A stretch of 47,182 bases of DNA from contig NC_068991.1 of the NCBI RefSeq assembly GCF_001194135.2, positions 28,833,086 through 28,880,267 on the forward strand, written 5' to 3'. Positions 25,801 to 40,960 of the stretch are shown here, one piece after another; position 1 is the first letter of the stretch, and every line of letters begins with the position of its first letter. The DNA is from Octopus bimaculoides. Taxonomy: Eukaryota. A program made the position numbers and the translations under genes. The notes beneath the pieces are model-generated. The model saw only the letters and a list, made by a program, of their open reading frames with translations. It searched no databases and was not told the origin of the DNA.

Positions 25801-26003
25801 AACATTAATGAACAAGCTGGACGACGACGACATCATAATGACTACTCTGATGTATATGCCAGCTATAGTTAAGGGAGGGAGAAGAAACAGGGATCAAATC
25901 TCTTGAAGGTCTATGGTACAAAAGACCTGAATATTTGAAATACTGACTATATTCCATATACTGTTGTATTGCAGATTATTATTTGCTATATCTCTACTTG
26001 CAG

Positions 26004-26063
26004 CATCCAAATAATGTGGTCTTTGTTATGGATGCTTCCATTGGTCAAGCTTGTGAAGCTCAG
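26004..26063 (+). CDS. SRP54: SRP54 coding exon 7: HPNNVVFVMDASIGQACEAQ
   Basis: ttgcag acceptor, GTATGT donor; DASIGQ motif. Confidence 0.97.
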
Positions 26064-26124
26064 GTATGTTATCTTAATGTTTCCTACTTTCTTAATGTTT
26101 TCTCAGGCTTGCTGACTTAAATAA

Positions 26125-26565
26125 TAATAATAACGAACCTTTTTTACTATAGGCACAGGGCCTGAAATTTTGCAGGAGGGGGTTAGTTGATTACATTGAC
26201 TCCAGAGCATAACTAGTCGTCATTTCATCAACCCTGAAAGGATGAAAGGCAAAGTCGACCTGAGTGGAATTTGGTCTCAGAATGTAAGGATGGACGAAAT
26301 ACCACTAAGTATTTTGCCTAGCATGCTAACGAGTCTACCAGCTTGCTGCTTTAATAATCCTTTCTACTACTATAGGCACAAGGCCTGAAATTTTTGGGGA
26401 AGGGGTGAGTTGATTACATTGACCCCAGTGTTTCAATGGTACTTAATTTATTGAACCTGAAAGGATGAAAGGCAAAGTCGACCTTGGTGGAATTTGAACT
26501 CAGAATGTTTTAAGATGGATAAATACCACCAAGCATTCTAATGATTCTACCAGCTTGCTACCTTA
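26125..26565 (-). mobile_element. Tandem pair of SINE family A copies
   Basis: Two copies of ggatgaaaggcaaagtcgacc...gaactcagaatg, about 26125-26352 and 26355-26565. Confidence 0.8.
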
Positions 26566-26570
26566 AATAA

Positions 26571-27532
26571 TCATCATCATCATCATCATCATCGTTTAAC
26601 GTCCGCTTTCCATGCTAGCATGGGTTGGATGATTTGACTGAGGACTGGTGCAACCGGATGGCTACACCAGGCTCCAATCTAATTTGGCAGAGTTTCTACA
26701 GCTGGATGCCCTTCCTAACGCCAACCACTCAGAGAGTGTAGTGGGTGCTTTTACGTGTCNNNNNNNNNNNNNNNNNNNNNNNNNNNNNNNNNNNNNNNNN
26801 NNNNNNNNNNNNNNNNNNNNNNNNNNNNNNNNNNNNNNNNNNNNNNNNNNNNNNNNNNNNNNNNNNNNNNNNNNNNNNNNNNNNNNNNNNNNNNNNNNNN
26901 NNNNNNNNNNNNNNNNNNNNNNNNNNNNNNNNNNNNNNNNNNNNNNNNNNNNNNNNNNNNNNNNNNNNNNNNNNNNNNNNNNNNNNNNNNNNNNNNNNNN
27001 NNNNNNNNNNNNNNNNNNNNNNNNNNNNNNNNNNNNNNNNNNNNNNNNNNNNNNNNNNNNNNNNNNNNNNNNNNNNNNNNNNNNNNNNNNNNNNNNNNNN
27101 NNNNNNNNNNNNNNNNNNNNNNNNNNNNNNNNNNNNNNNNNNNNNNNNNNNNNNNNNNNNNNNNNNNNNNNNNNNNNNNAAGGCCAGTCAGGCGGTACTG
27201 GCAACGGTCACGCTCAGGATGGTACATCTTATGTGCCACCCGCACAAGAGCCAGTCCAGGGGCACTGGCAACGATCTCACTTGGCTTGCCAGGTCTTCTC
27301 ACGCACAGCACATTTCCAAAGGTCTCAGTCAGTAGTCATCGCCTCGGTGAGGCCCAATGTTCGAAGGTCTTGCCTCACCACCTCAGCCCAGGTCTTCCTG
27401 GGCCTACCTCTTCCACGGGTTCCCTCAACTGTTAGGGAGTGGAACTTTTTCACGCAGCTATCCTCATTCATTCTCACCACATGTCCAAACCAGCGCAATC
27501 ATCTCTCTTGCACACCACTACTGACGCTTCTT
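26571..27532 (-). mobile_element. RTE 3' fragment (3'UTR plus ORF C-terminus) spanning N-gap 26760-27179
   Basis: (CAT)n tail; 27290-27530 is collinear with the RTE C-terminal coding region at 12340-12600. Confidence 0.88.
26760..27179. other. Assembly gap (N); others at 22730-22739, 44281-44322, 44610-44619, 45560-46024
   Basis: Runs of N. Confidence 0.99.
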
Positions 27533-27752
27533 AGTAATGATAATGGTTTCAAATTGCAGCAATTTTAAGAGGAAGTGGGTAAGTCAATTATATCAATCTC
27601 AATGCTCAACTGGTACTTAATTTATCAATCCTGAAAGGATGAAAGACAAAGTTGATTGTGGTGGAATTTGAACTCAGAACATGAAGATCTGAAAGAAATG
27701 CCACTAAATAATTTGTCTGACTTGCTAATGGTTTTGTCAGTCTGCCACCTTA
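27533..27752 (-). mobile_element. SINE family A copy
   Basis: Reverse complement of the family A core. Confidence 0.75.
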
Positions 27753-28204
27753 AATAATGATAATAATATATTATCAAATGAACGACTTGTCAAGCAACTG
27801 AGCTGAGATCCCCATATGGATGACTGTTCTCTGAGAGAAGGACCCTGCTAAAGGCAACACAGTAGATAATTATAGACTCATATCCTGCTTGTCACTTATG
27901 TAGAGACTTATGGCTGGGATCATCTTTGAGACCATATATAAATTCCTTGCGAGCAATGAAATTCTGCTGGAAAAGCAGAAAAGAACAGTGGTAGTACAAA
28001 AGACTTCTGATTGATAAAACAATCCATGTGGATTGTAGAAAGAGTCACAAGAATTTAGTCATGGCATGAGTGCCTTGTAAGAAAGTCTATGACATGGTCC
28101 TCCACAGCTGGATATTAGAGTGCCTGAAATTTACTGAAGTGCCAGAAAGGAAGTTGAGGACTAATATATTGTGAAAATTGTGTCAAAAGTATTGAAAACA
28201 GCCT

Positions 28205-29100
28205 AGTTTGTTACTTTAAAAATGTAAGAGACCATGACACATTGAAACCTTAATAAATACAAAAAGAGAGTGAAAAAAGGACTTGAAAAGGAATGAAAGG
28301 ACAAACTTATGCATGGGCAGTACACTAGAAATAAAGTAGGCATTGATTGCAATAAGAGCTGGTCATGGCTTAGAATTGGTGATCTGGAAGTATGCACTGA
28401 AGGCCTGGCATGCAGTGCCCAGGAGCAGGCTCTCTGAACTAACTACAGTAGACATCATGTTGACAAAATGAAAGTATCATTTTGTAGAATGTGTGGAGCA
28501 AAAGGAGAAACGGTCAGCCATCTTGTAAATGAATGTACTAAGCTGGCATAGTGAAAGGCCAAAAGAAGATATCAGAGAAGCGTGGGTTTGTCAGAACAGC
28601 TAAATGGTATGAGCAGAAACCAGAAGGGTGTTAGAGAACGATAAATTTAAGCTTTTGTGGGACTTCACCATTCAGTGTGATAGAATGACTGAGGCAAGAA
28701 GGCCAGATATTGCAGTTGTCAAAAAGAAAGAAAAAGAGGCCCAAATTATCAATGTCTCTATTCCAGGAGATAGGTGAGTGAAAGATAAAGAGCAGGAAGA
28801 GATGGAGAAGTATGAGTCTCTGAAGAGGAAGTTGGAAAGTTGTGGGGAACGGAGAAGGTTTTAGTGATTCCAGTGGTGATCAGAGCATTGGGATGCATAT
28901 CAGATAGTTTTGGGGACTGTGTAAATAAAACTGGAATTGATGCAAGGTTACAGATCATGCTGAGGACAGCACTTCTTGGTACTTCAAGGATTTTAAGGAA
29001 AATCTTGTCTATGTAAGGCACAGGAAAGGAAACAGTAAGAGACCTTTGTCAACTTGTTGCTGACTGTTTAACATCTAAATATCTGAGATTTACAAAAATT
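28205..29100 (+). mobile_element. 3' fragment of an RLE-type non-LTR retrotransposon (R4/Dong-like)
   Basis: KDKLMHGQY, zinc knuckle CRMCGAKGETVSHLVNEC (28483-28536), LWDFTIQCDR and RRPDIAVV (PD-D/ExK nuclease), with stops and frameshifts. Confidence 0.8.
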
Positions 29101-29245
29101 AAAAATAATAATTATAAAATTTGTCCATTCTTGTATAATTATGTTAACTACAGTGAAATTCTGTGAACAAACTGTGTAGAGGTGATACACGTGGGGCAAA
29201 AAACCAAAATACGATGATAGCTAGGAAAAGGTAGAGAATATTTAG

Positions 29246-29392
<147 letters not shown>

Positions 29393-29932
29393 TAAGTTGA
29401 CACAACTTTCTTTTTATTTATACTTTATATGTTTTTTTATTTAGTATGGCCAGTCATTAATGTTGATATAATTAATATCATTCATTTGTCTTACATCTGT
29501 TTTCATAACATGGGATAAATGAATACTTACTGTGACATTGTTTTAATGCTGGATATCCTTTCTAACACCAAAGTGCAAAGCAATGCAATTGTTTGTTATC
29601 ACAAAATGTCAACAACCATAACCAATTTTCACTCAGTGCTTTTCATGTAAACACACACAGACATACATATAAATATACATATGCACATACACACATCTGC
29701 ATATCTACCTATCTTGCTACCTGCCCACCCACATATACTTGCACAGCAAGCATCTGTGGATGCTCACAAGACATTTGTTGGTCCAATGCTATTGTAGAAG
29801 ACACTTGCCCAAAGTGTCCCACTGAGATAAAGCTTGAGACTTCAATGTAACAAAGTAAATTCCATATCCATGTATCCTTAAAGAATTAAATCATATTTTA
29901 TGATATATTTTATTATATAATTATTGAATATA

Positions 29933-30306
29933 AGCGCAGGAGTGGCTGTGTGGTAAGTAGCTTGCTTACCAATCACATGGTTCCGGGTTCAGTCCCACTG
30001 CATGGCACCTTGGGCAAGTGTCTTCTACTATAGCTTCGGGCTGACCAAAGCCTTGTGAGTGGATTTGGTAGACGGAAACTGAAAGAAGTCCGTCATATAT
30101 ATGTATGTGTGTGTATATGTTTGTCCCCCAATATCGCTTGACAACCAATGCTGGTGTGTTTACATCCCCGTCACTTAGCGGTTCGGCCTAAGAGAAAAAT
30201 AGAATAAGTACTAGGCTTACAAAGAACAAGTCCTGGGGTTGATTTGCTCGACTAAAGGCTGTGCTCCAGCATGTCCACAGTCAAAAGACTGAAACAAGCA
30301 AGAGAG
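29933..30306 (+). mobile_element. tRNA-derived SINE, family B
   Basis: A-box-like TGGCTGTGTGG and B-box-like GGTTCAGTCCC, an internal (TA/GT) tract, and tail gactgaaacaag, which also occurs near 5640. Confidence 0.78.
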
Positions 30307-30642
30307 TATCTATTTTAGTCTTAGATTTGATTTGCTGTGTTATTGATAAAAAAGAAAACTTCTTTACATTCTAAATAGTCTTTATATTTGATTGTTGTTC
30401 TTTTTTGCTACAAATCAGACCTGGCTGAGCTAACTTGTTATTAAGAGTTCCAGCCATAACCACTCTGTCCTTCCCTCCAGCACTGTAGATCTAGAACTGT
30501 ATTAAACAAATTACAATCCTCCCATCTTTTCAAAATGGTTAAGTGTAATATGAGGGAGCTTTGTTTGCTATTTCTTGTAACAGTATTGTTCATTGGTTCA
30601 GTTGTGTGTGTGTTGAATAAGTGAGGAAAAAATTGTCACTGA

Positions 30643-30900
<258 letters not shown>

Positions 30901-32108
30901 TGAGTGACTCCTATAGTATTTAACTTATTAGCTTCATACTAACTATTTATTGTTCTGGGACCTGGTTCATTGGTTTCAGACCTGTGTTATGATTTCTGTA
31001 TTTAGATGACTTGTGGTTTATGTTTTGTCTTTGAACTCATGTAAGTTGATAATTGTACAGAAAATGTGGGTTGAGAGGGAATTTCAGAGGACTGCATGTT
31101 TTAGGGAGACAGCTAAGCAAGATGTGTTGTGAGGGGTTTGTTGAGGGAGACAGTTAGGGTGATATTGGAATGAAAGGATGGGCTTTGAAAAGATGCAGGG
31201 ATTTGTTAGTTCAGAGAAACAGAAACTGTTGTAATAGATGAAACAGTACGTCTGTGAGCCAGAAGTTGTGTGTGAATATTTGAAATGTCAGAAGATATTT
31301 ATGTAATAATAGTAGCAGCAGCACATGTGAGTAATACTCCAAAACAAGTTGTAACTAATCTTTGTTGAGGGTCTAACTGTTGATCAAGTCTGAAGTATTT
31401 TCTGGCTCTGAATAAGAAAGAAGCCTAAATTTGGGTTGAAGTTTGGTGATGATATAGATGTGTCATTCAATGGTAGTGACTTTATAGATTTTAGCTGTCT
31501 GTTGTTCATGTGTAAAGCGGTTATAGAATAGTTTCCTTACTATAGGATTGAGTAGCCAAAAGGGATTAATGGTGAAGCCCTCAATATAATTTTGGTTCTC
31601 TTGTTTACAGAAGTGCATGTATAGTGTGAGGTAGCTAGGTTGTATGTGAATGATGTCTAAATATGGAAGGAAGTCTAACAGTAAGACGGATTAATGTACG
31701 GAAGGAAGAATAGGAAAGATATGACTGAACCCTGGAGTACACATAGTTGATAGAATGTGAACGAGAGAGCTCCATTTATGTATGTTGTGAGGAAACTGGT
31801 TAATAAAAAAAAATTCCAATACTAGATATAAATAATGGTAAAGCCAATAGTATATTGTACTATATATAATTGTAGATCTGGTTTTATGAAAATCATAATG
31901 ATGACCATAGAGGGGGAAGAGAAAGAGAAACTCAGAGTGTTAAGGAGGAGTTGGCTGTTTATGAGTGTTTCTATTGCATTTGATGTGGTAGGAGTGAGAT
32001 TCATTGGTTGAAGGTTGATGGGGAGTCAGAGATTTTCTTGGGAATGTTGTGTTTCCATTGACTAGATTTGGCAAAAATTGACATATTTGACAAAGATAGG
32101 GAACTTAA

Positions 32109-32213
<105 letters not shown>

Positions 32214-33009
32214 TAACATGGCTGTTTGTTAATGTAACATTTGGAGAGAGAGAGAGAGAGAGGTAACTGTATATCTTGCTAGGGTGTCTTTGTGGTTTAC
32301 CTCCAGGTCAGCATTGACTGAGGAGAGAACTATGAATAAAAACTTTCTAGTCATAACCACTTTATTTTTCTATAGGGTCATCTAAGAGTATATAATCTAA
32401 TGTATCCTTCCTGTTTGAAAATGCTAGGATGCAATTTGAGGTACATTTAGCTGCTGTTTGTAGCAATCCAACTATATAGAAGCTCCCTCGTTGGCTCAAA
32501 GGTATCTTTGTGCTACTGAAACTAGTTGGGAGTGGAAGGAAGCTGGGTACTTTTGATTACTAGATCTGTGGAGTTGGACAAGATATTTTAAATCAATTCT
32601 TAGTAAATCGCCACAACCGTTGCAGTGTGCCTACAGGTACATAACATTGTGTGTGTCAAATTGCGTGTATAATACCTTAAGTGCTTTTAGAGGTGCCCAC
32701 TCCATTGTAAATATTCTGACTAATTCTAAATGAGTATAACTCAAGATCTCTTGATGTATTTCTTCTGACTGCAGTAAGCCCTGAATCTTGGTTCATTTCC
32801 ATCCTTTCCTAAACTTATTTCAGGGACCGGGGATAATCTGTAGATATTGTTTTTCTTGTTGTTACTGAGCTTGTAGGGAGGCAAAACAATGGCGCCAACA
32901 AAAACATTCATTCCCATGATAGTAGAAAAATGTGTAGAACAATGAAAATAGAAATGAAAACTTTAGTTGTGAGAAGAGAAAATTACTAACTTTGGAATAT
33001 TTTCCTTAC

Positions 33010-33205
33010 AAAGATAGAAAAATAGCTATCTCTGAGAGTTTCCTTATATAGATAGCTATCTCTAAGAATTCCCTAATGAAGATAAGTATCTCATAGAGTT
33101 TCCTAATAAAGGTAACTACTTCTAAGATCTTTCTTATAAAGTTAAATGTCTTTAAGAATTTCTTTATAAAGACACCTTTATCTACAAGTTTCCTAATAAT
33201 GACAG
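33010..33205. repeat. Degenerate ~30-bp minisatellite, about 6 units (tttccttataaagatagctatctctaagaa-like)
   Basis: tttcct(t/a)ataaag...ctct(a/g)aga recurs about every 29-30 nt. Confidence 0.7.
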
Positions 33206-33453
33206 TTTCAGCAATATAAGTTCACTCTTTATAATAATTTTATCTTTTTAACATTGTTGTTTGAAGAGTTTCTGAAAGGATTTTATTTCAATTTTGAATA
33301 ACATAACTACTCAACTATACATCTAGTTATGCACCTATCTGTACACCTACTTAACACACCTGTTTACATGCCTACTTTACACACTTCCCTACATATCCAA
33401 CTATACTTTCTCCACATCAGAATACACATCTCACATGTATGCCCTAAAAATAA

Positions 33454-33666
<213 letters not shown>

Positions 33667-35389
33667 TAATGGTTTGTAGCTGTCATTCATTGTTTTGCAT
33701 TTTCCGTACAGGCATGGGGTCAGACTGATCCTCAATGTGCTAGTCCTTATTCAGAATTATTGCGCTCCCAAGCAAATTTAAGGATCACATCTCACTTGTA
33801 CATTCCACTTCCTAGCATGGTTTCTATGGCTGGATGCCATTCCTAAACCCAACCACTTTACAAATGGGTGCATTTTAAAGGGACACCGACAATAGATAGG
33901 TTGTCTTGTCCCCTGCAAGACTAGAGCCTCTTCCTATTTCTACTTTGCCTCTGTTCTTTCAAAGCAAACATGACTGATGGATGGAGGTAGTGAATAGAAA
34001 ACAGTGATGATTAACACCGTAAAGAGAGAGAGAGAGTATGAGGACAATGGGGGCGGGGCAATAATAAAAGTGTGAAGATGATAGAGGAGGGAATAATGGA
34101 GTAGAAACAGTGATAGCTATATGTTGGTTATTGGTAAGGAGGTTGAATAATGAATAACATCAGTTACGTGATAGATAGCAATAGGGATGGGTGATGGTAA
34201 AGGAGAGTAGTAGAAGAGAGGTAAAATGATAGAGTGGTGATGGTTGAGAGACTGAGTAAGTGTAGATTAAATGCCATTCCTCATTATACAAGTGGCATAA
34301 TACAATGATAGTAGAGAGAGAGAGAGAGAGAAAGAGTAATTAAAGAGAGGGTAATGAATATGTTAGTAGATAAAGACTTAATTGAAATATAATAGATATG
34401 TCATACATTCTAACCTTCACCTTCAATACTATTTTAATGACCATTGCCATGTTTGGATCTTCTCCAGCACCCTTTGAGCCTCCATTCATCATGAGACTTA
34501 GTTTCTTGAGTTCAGTCTTCATCATTTTGCTCCATGTTTTGCTCTATCTCCTTCTTCTAATAGGTTCCAGTTTTCAAGCACTTGCCATTTGTTAATACAG
34601 CCATCCTCTTCCATAAATATCATGTCTCCACACAAACACCTCTCCCATACACTTCATCTGATTACTCTAATATCCAACTAATTATTCGTGTTAATTTATG
34701 GTCTGCTGTGATGTTTTGTGTTCTGTTTTATTCTGTATTGTTCAATATGATATATTTATTATTATGGTGTACTGATTTTGAAGAGATTGCCACATAAAAA
34801 GCACTTGTGCCAGTGCCACTCAGAAAATGCTTGTGCCAGTGGCATGTTAAAAACACCCAGCACACATTGCAAAGTGATTGTCATTAAGAAAGGCCATAGA
34901 AACCAAGCCAAATCAGACTGGAACCTGGTGCAGCTTCCCAGCTGACCAGCTCTGGTAAAACTGTTTAACCCAGTCTATGATGGAAAACAAATGTTAAAGG
35001 ATGATGATGACAAATATAAATATAAGATGAAGTTAGCGAAGCTAGCACACAGCAGAAATAGTTTGTGTTTTAATATGTTGTTCCATTTGTGTGTGTGTGA
35101 TAGAGAGAGAGAAAGAGGTGACTGTATGACTGTCAAAGAATTTTATTCATGAAATGGAAGAGTCTGTTTGGTCTGACTACTTGAGGACCAGAAGTTTTTA
35201 TGCTTCAGATGAAATTTGTAACTTTTGGCAACAAAAATTTAAATTTTTGCAGTTAAAATTTGGTAAGTGGAATTGCTATTTTTTTTTCAGTGCTGGTTTT
35301 GTGTATTCTTTACCTGTACAGGTATTTTTAGTAATCGATGTGAGTTCCCCTAAAATAACAAAGGAACAAAACAGAAGTAATTGTTGTTA

Positions 35390-35750
35390 CCTGTGTTGGA
35401 TAACAAAATGATTTTCTTTCTGTGAAAAACAATAGACAATATATGGTACATGTGAGAGTAGGATGCTTCAAGGTGCTATATGTAAAAGATGTCTTCAGAG
35501 GCTGGAGAGAAATAAATTGGCAAAAATATGTTCTAAAGACATCAAGTAATGTGTGGAGGAGAGATAGCTTTCCTAGTTTAGGACATGAAAGGGAAGTTGA
35601 CGAGCTATGAAGTGGAAGGGTTGCTTATGTTGAGAGTGGAACTAGTTAATGTAGGGGAGACAGGGAAGATACAGTAAGGAGTAGTAAAGCTTAATCTGAA
35701 ATTGTTGAGCTTTACAGGACAAGATGACGTGTTATTGAAGAGAATGAGGA
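35390..35750 (+). mobile_element. Degenerate RTE ORF 3' fragment
   Basis: Weakly collinear with the RTE C-terminal region; purine-rich. Confidence 0.45.
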
Positions 35751-35865
35751 TAAGATACTACAAATCCTACCAGTTTATTTGTCAGTGTGTATGTAGTACA
35801 ATGCTAAAATGTGAGTGTGCTGCATATCTCTTGTACTTTAAGGAATGAGTACAATACGTTGATAA

Positions 35866-36171
<306 letters not shown>

Positions 36172-36989
36172 TAGAAAGTAAAACTTGCATTGAGAAATGT
36201 CCAAGGCCAAATATATTTAAGTCCCAAGAAGTTATTGCCACTGTAAAAAAACCTGTCTAATCGTCACGGTCTCAGGTCATAACTATTAAAGATAGTTATG
36301 AGATGAGATTGTGTGTGTTATTAGTGTGGACAATTAAGAAGAATTATGTGAATTAGTAATCACATGATGTTTTCAGTGAGAAGCAAGATTAGATAGATGT
36401 CTTTCTTATCCAATACAGTAAATGTTGAACATTTACTGGTGATTAAGCCTTACCTACAGCTTTTGTATAGCCATCATTGTCATAACTGGACAACTGTATT
36501 TGCCAGGAGATTCCTCTTCCTCATAATACACTGGTAAGTGCAGTCATATCACTCAGTATAATCCTGTTTGAAATGCTATAATATTACTTTGAACTATGAG
36601 TTACAACTCGCATTCATTTTTAAACCTGACTGAATACAATGATGTTCGTCATCATGTTATACACCTGAGTTAAAAAATTTTTCTTTTTTTATTACTACCC
36701 ACTTTTCTTATATTCAGTGATGCCAGACAGAATTTATCAATCATGAAAATATATTTTCCATTTACATTATAACAAACTCTAAATTTTCACACTTGGAATG
36801 TGCTTGAACTTAATCTGCTTTCATAAATAGACATCAGATTATCGAACTTTGAATAATAAACATATTTATTAAACCAGTCAATTTTTTTTCCAGTCGAGAC
36901 CATTTCTACAGAAACCTTTTTGTAACATTTTATCCCTAATTAGTTATAGAAATTATCACTTTACTTGATTGATCTAAAATTTCCCCTGA

Positions 36990-37106
<117 letters not shown>

Positions 37107-37871
37107 TAGTTTTATATTATTTACATTGCAGATTTGTTGGGTGAGATTAAGATCTTTAATAATTACATGGTTACATTAATCAAGTACTGCATCTATTTAT
37201 GAGGTGTTGCTATAAATCAAGGGATGTATAAGTAACGAGATACATAATTAAGTTGTATAATTAACATGATGCTATTAAGAAACTTTTCCAGTGTTCTGCT
37301 GCAGCCTTCAGCTATTTTGATCTCACATTCGCTGATAAAAGCTGTCATATTAATATGAACCTTTCTGTTTGATATCTTGTGGTACTGGTTTGAAACGCCA
37401 GTTACGGCATACATTCCATACTTGGACATGTTCTCGTATAACAAAATTAATCTAAGGGAGATAACTACGAATTAGTTTGTCTATTTAACTGCTAAGCCTA
37501 CTGTATCACTTCTTTCTCATCAATTTTGTTTCTCCATTGTCTCCCATCTGCTATTATAATGAAGTCCTCATCGATATATTTTTAAGTAAATGTATTCATA
37601 AACTGTAACTCCATTTGGGAGATTGATATGAAATTATTTTATTATATATATATATCACTTTGTTCGAGGGAAGTGAGTGGGGATAGTGACTCTGGCATAT
37701 ACATGAACAGTAGTGGTCTGAAACTGTTGGGTGAAAGGCACGAAGAAGCTACATCTCATAGGTTAACTTCTGTGGTAAGAAGCAGTGTATTAAGGTTTGG
37801 GTTATTTTCATATTGGAAGGCCTGAAGCATAGTGGACTCCACAAAAGACATCCTAGGTCCTGGAGGTGGTA

Positions 37872-38101
37872 GTAACCCTCTAGCATTTGTATTTCTCTTT
37901 TTAACTGTAATGCTTATTTATTCACATTGTTTTAAATTAATCATGCATTATCCAGTAACTTTGAGATTTCAATTATGTGATGGTTTAATTTTTAGAATTA
38001 CATTGTAGGATAGGTGTGTAAGGCCAGATCTGGGCGGTTTGAACATAAAACAGGTAAAATATTCGGGCTGGATGTGGTTGGTTTGAATGCTGTAAGATTA
38101 A
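37872..38101. mobile_element. piggyBac-type MITE, decayed
   Basis: Imperfect inverted ends gtaaccctctagcatt ... aatgctgtaagattaa, consistent with TTAA-CCC termini. Confidence 0.55.
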
Positions 38102-38569
38102 ATTGGGTAGCATGCTAAGTCTATCATAGGAAAGTTTGGGTTCACTGTATATTTAATGAAATAAAAGTGATACCAGTCTCACCACCATGCTCACATGTGA
38201 CACTGATTTCAAAAATTTAGCAATGTCCCTTCCACTATATTCCATGTCCTTGAAATCTAGCTGCTATCTTTGCTAGACTCAGTAGGAGTTCCATTTTATT
38301 TATGACAAAATTCTAAAGTGTCTCCCATCACCCCTTAGATTAAGCTCTCTGATCCTACCATTTCTGATCAATTGTTCTCATTTCCACCATCTTAAAGAGT
38401 ATGGAAACAGTCATAAACACTTCCTCCTACTGTAGAACCAAATCCAACAGACTCACATGTTACCCACTAAAAGATCCCTTTCTTTTAAGAATTTTGCTGA
38501 GAGCCGTGTTGCTATCTTTAGCACATGGCTGAATAGAAGTGGGAAGTGATGAAATCAAGGAGGTAAAGG

Positions 38570-39080
38570 TGTATATCTAGTTAGCGCATGCAATGAATAT
38601 GTGTCGAGATATGGATACTGAAATCTTAAAGAGAACAAGGGCAGAATGGAAGGCATCTAACTCAATAAAGGATGTACTTGGAACAAAGCCAGACAATACC
38701 ATATGTGCCAGACTCTTCAATAGCACTATTTTACCTGTGTTCTCATATGCAAATGAGATGTGGGTTATTACAAAGAGGATTAGCTACAACGCAAAGGGGT
38801 ATGGAAAGATCCATGTTAGAAGCATCACAAAGGGAGCACACTGGAAATGAGATCTCAGAATGGAGCAGAGTGAACAATGTGATTATAGAGTACCGATAGC
38901 ACAAGTTGCGTTGGGCCAGACATGTTGCAATATTCACAGACAACAGGTGGACCCATGCAAGTTGCCAAGTCGTATCCAAGAGATTGGAAAGGGCTACCTG
39001 GAAGGCTTCCATGATATGGGAAGATAATCTAGTCAAGCAATTCAGGTCAAGATAGAAAAGAATGGTGCAATCAAGATAAA
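38570..39080 (+). mobile_element. Fragment of a second RTE-type LINE family
   Basis: ORFs 38593..38850 and 38672..38899 (RLFNSTILPVFSYANEMW; QRGMERSML), followed by KLRWARHV, typical of RTE C-termini. Confidence 0.7.
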
Positions 39081-40482
39081 ATTGGAAGTGCATTGTGGTC
39101 AGCAGTGTATAACAGTATCTGGCAGTCTGGTTGATACTGTGATACTATGATATATACAAACACACATACATGCACGCAGTCACCAAAGATTGCAGCTCAA
39201 CAACCATATTTCCTCTTCTGGTCTAAATTCTGATCAAATGACAATCTTCTATAAAGATTAAAGTATAAATCCCATCTATTAGGAAGCTATGCTACTGTTA
39301 CACACACACGTACATCTTTGATCACTTGTGAAACAAGACCAACCAGTTGATTAGCTGTCACTCATTTACTAATGTACTACAACCTTTAGCACAGAAATAT
39401 ATACTATTTCGTCTCTTTCTTCTGAGCCCCACCTCATATCTCATATGCCTCCTCTATGTATCACCTCAGCTGTGTTTCACCTTAATCACACCACTGTGTC
39501 AATGTTATCAATTTGGGATGACCTGCAATATTCATGGTTGCCTCCCTCCTGCTCCTCCTACTACTACTAACTATAAACACTCCTCATATTATCACCAAAC
39601 CAACAAAGAAGTCAACACATTGTCACATGACTTGTAGTCAGAGCCTACCATAAACGAGGACACAATGGTTAATGTAGATGTCAATGTAGACCTTGATATA
39701 GAAAAAGATGAGATGGTTACAGCTGGAACATCTTTGACCGTAAACTAACCAAGGGAGCTAAACAACTTTTTATCATTCATGAAAACCTCTAGCTTCATCA
39801 ACTTCCTCTTTCACTCACCACTCACCCATGTATTCCACAACGCCTTTATATCAGGGATCCTCTGTCAGTTTTGATGGTGAACATTCAGTTGTTTCATCAA
39901 CTGAACATCCAGCTTATCAAATTAAGTGTACTGTTAAAGTTCTGAGACTGAACCAGTGTTTGAACTGAATACTTCTCAACGACTGACAAAGTGTCCTTTT
40001 ATTAGTTTTATGACTTCAGACTATACTGTAACTTGTGTTGTGACCCTAAACAATGCTCTGACTGACAAAATAAAACTACCCTTTTTTATTGCATGATTGG
40101 CTAATGACAGGAAAAATTCCTTCTCCAAAAAAGAGGAATCCATCACATGGGGTAAAAATTAATGAACAGCTTTAAAAACATGTAGCCATTTCATCATCAT
40201 CATCAAAGATGCATTTTACATGTTGGCATAGGTTAGAAAATTTGACTAGCTGATAAGCTGGAGAGCTGCACCAGGTTCCAGTCTGTTTAGTCTTCATTTC
40301 TATGGCTGGGTGACCTTCCTAATGCTAACCACTCCACGGAGTGTCTTTTACATGTCACTGGTATGGGTGCCTTTTATGTGTAACTGGTACTGGTGCCATT
40401 TATGTGTCTCTAGCATTTATTAACCTCATTTCATTTCATATTCAGTATTGACAAGCAATAAAAATCTTATCTGTTTTTCCAG

Positions 40483-40574
40483 GTGGAATGCAAGGACTAC
40501 AATCCATGATGCGTCAGTTCCAACAAGGTGCTGCTGGAAAACTTGGAAATATGTTCAACATGGGAGAGCGTTAA
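40483..40574 (+). CDS. SRP54: SRP54 last coding exon: GMQGLQSMMRQFQQGAAGKLGNMFNMGER*
   Basis: ttccag acceptor; stop TAA at 40572-40574. Confidence 0.96.
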
Positions 40575-40686
40575 TGGCAATAATTAGTATAATGAATTGT
40601 TTATATATTATTACATACACAACTATAAACAAACACACGACTAGACAATTACGTCTACATCGTCTCCCACATTGAGAAGAAAAAAT

Positions 40687-40692
40687 AATAAA
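40687..40692 (+). terminator. Candidate SRP54 polyadenylation signal AATAAA
   Basis: First AATAAA after the stop, followed by T-rich sequence; the real UTR could be longer. Confidence 0.4.
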
Positions 40693-40960
40693 ATGTATTT
40701 TTTTGAAACCCAAAATTAACAGAATATTTCTAATTATTTGTAAAACAATATCCTTTACCATTTCTTCCAATACATTTGGATGTTTATGAGCTTTGATCTT
40801 GAACACCACAAATGGTTGACTAATTCCTATGAATTTGCTTATTTAAATTTTAGAAATTAAAAGATTTTTATATTAAATATATTTGATTCAGACTGGTAGC
40901 TGGATGTTTTTACTATAATTCATATTGATCTGTACATAATGTGTGATTTGAAGTGTCAGT

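Noticed and set aside
26648-27568. Long ORFs of 180-306 aa around 26.6-27.6 kb and 45553..46035
   Set aside because: They are open only because they run through N-gaps; the flanks are RTE or Helitron sequence.
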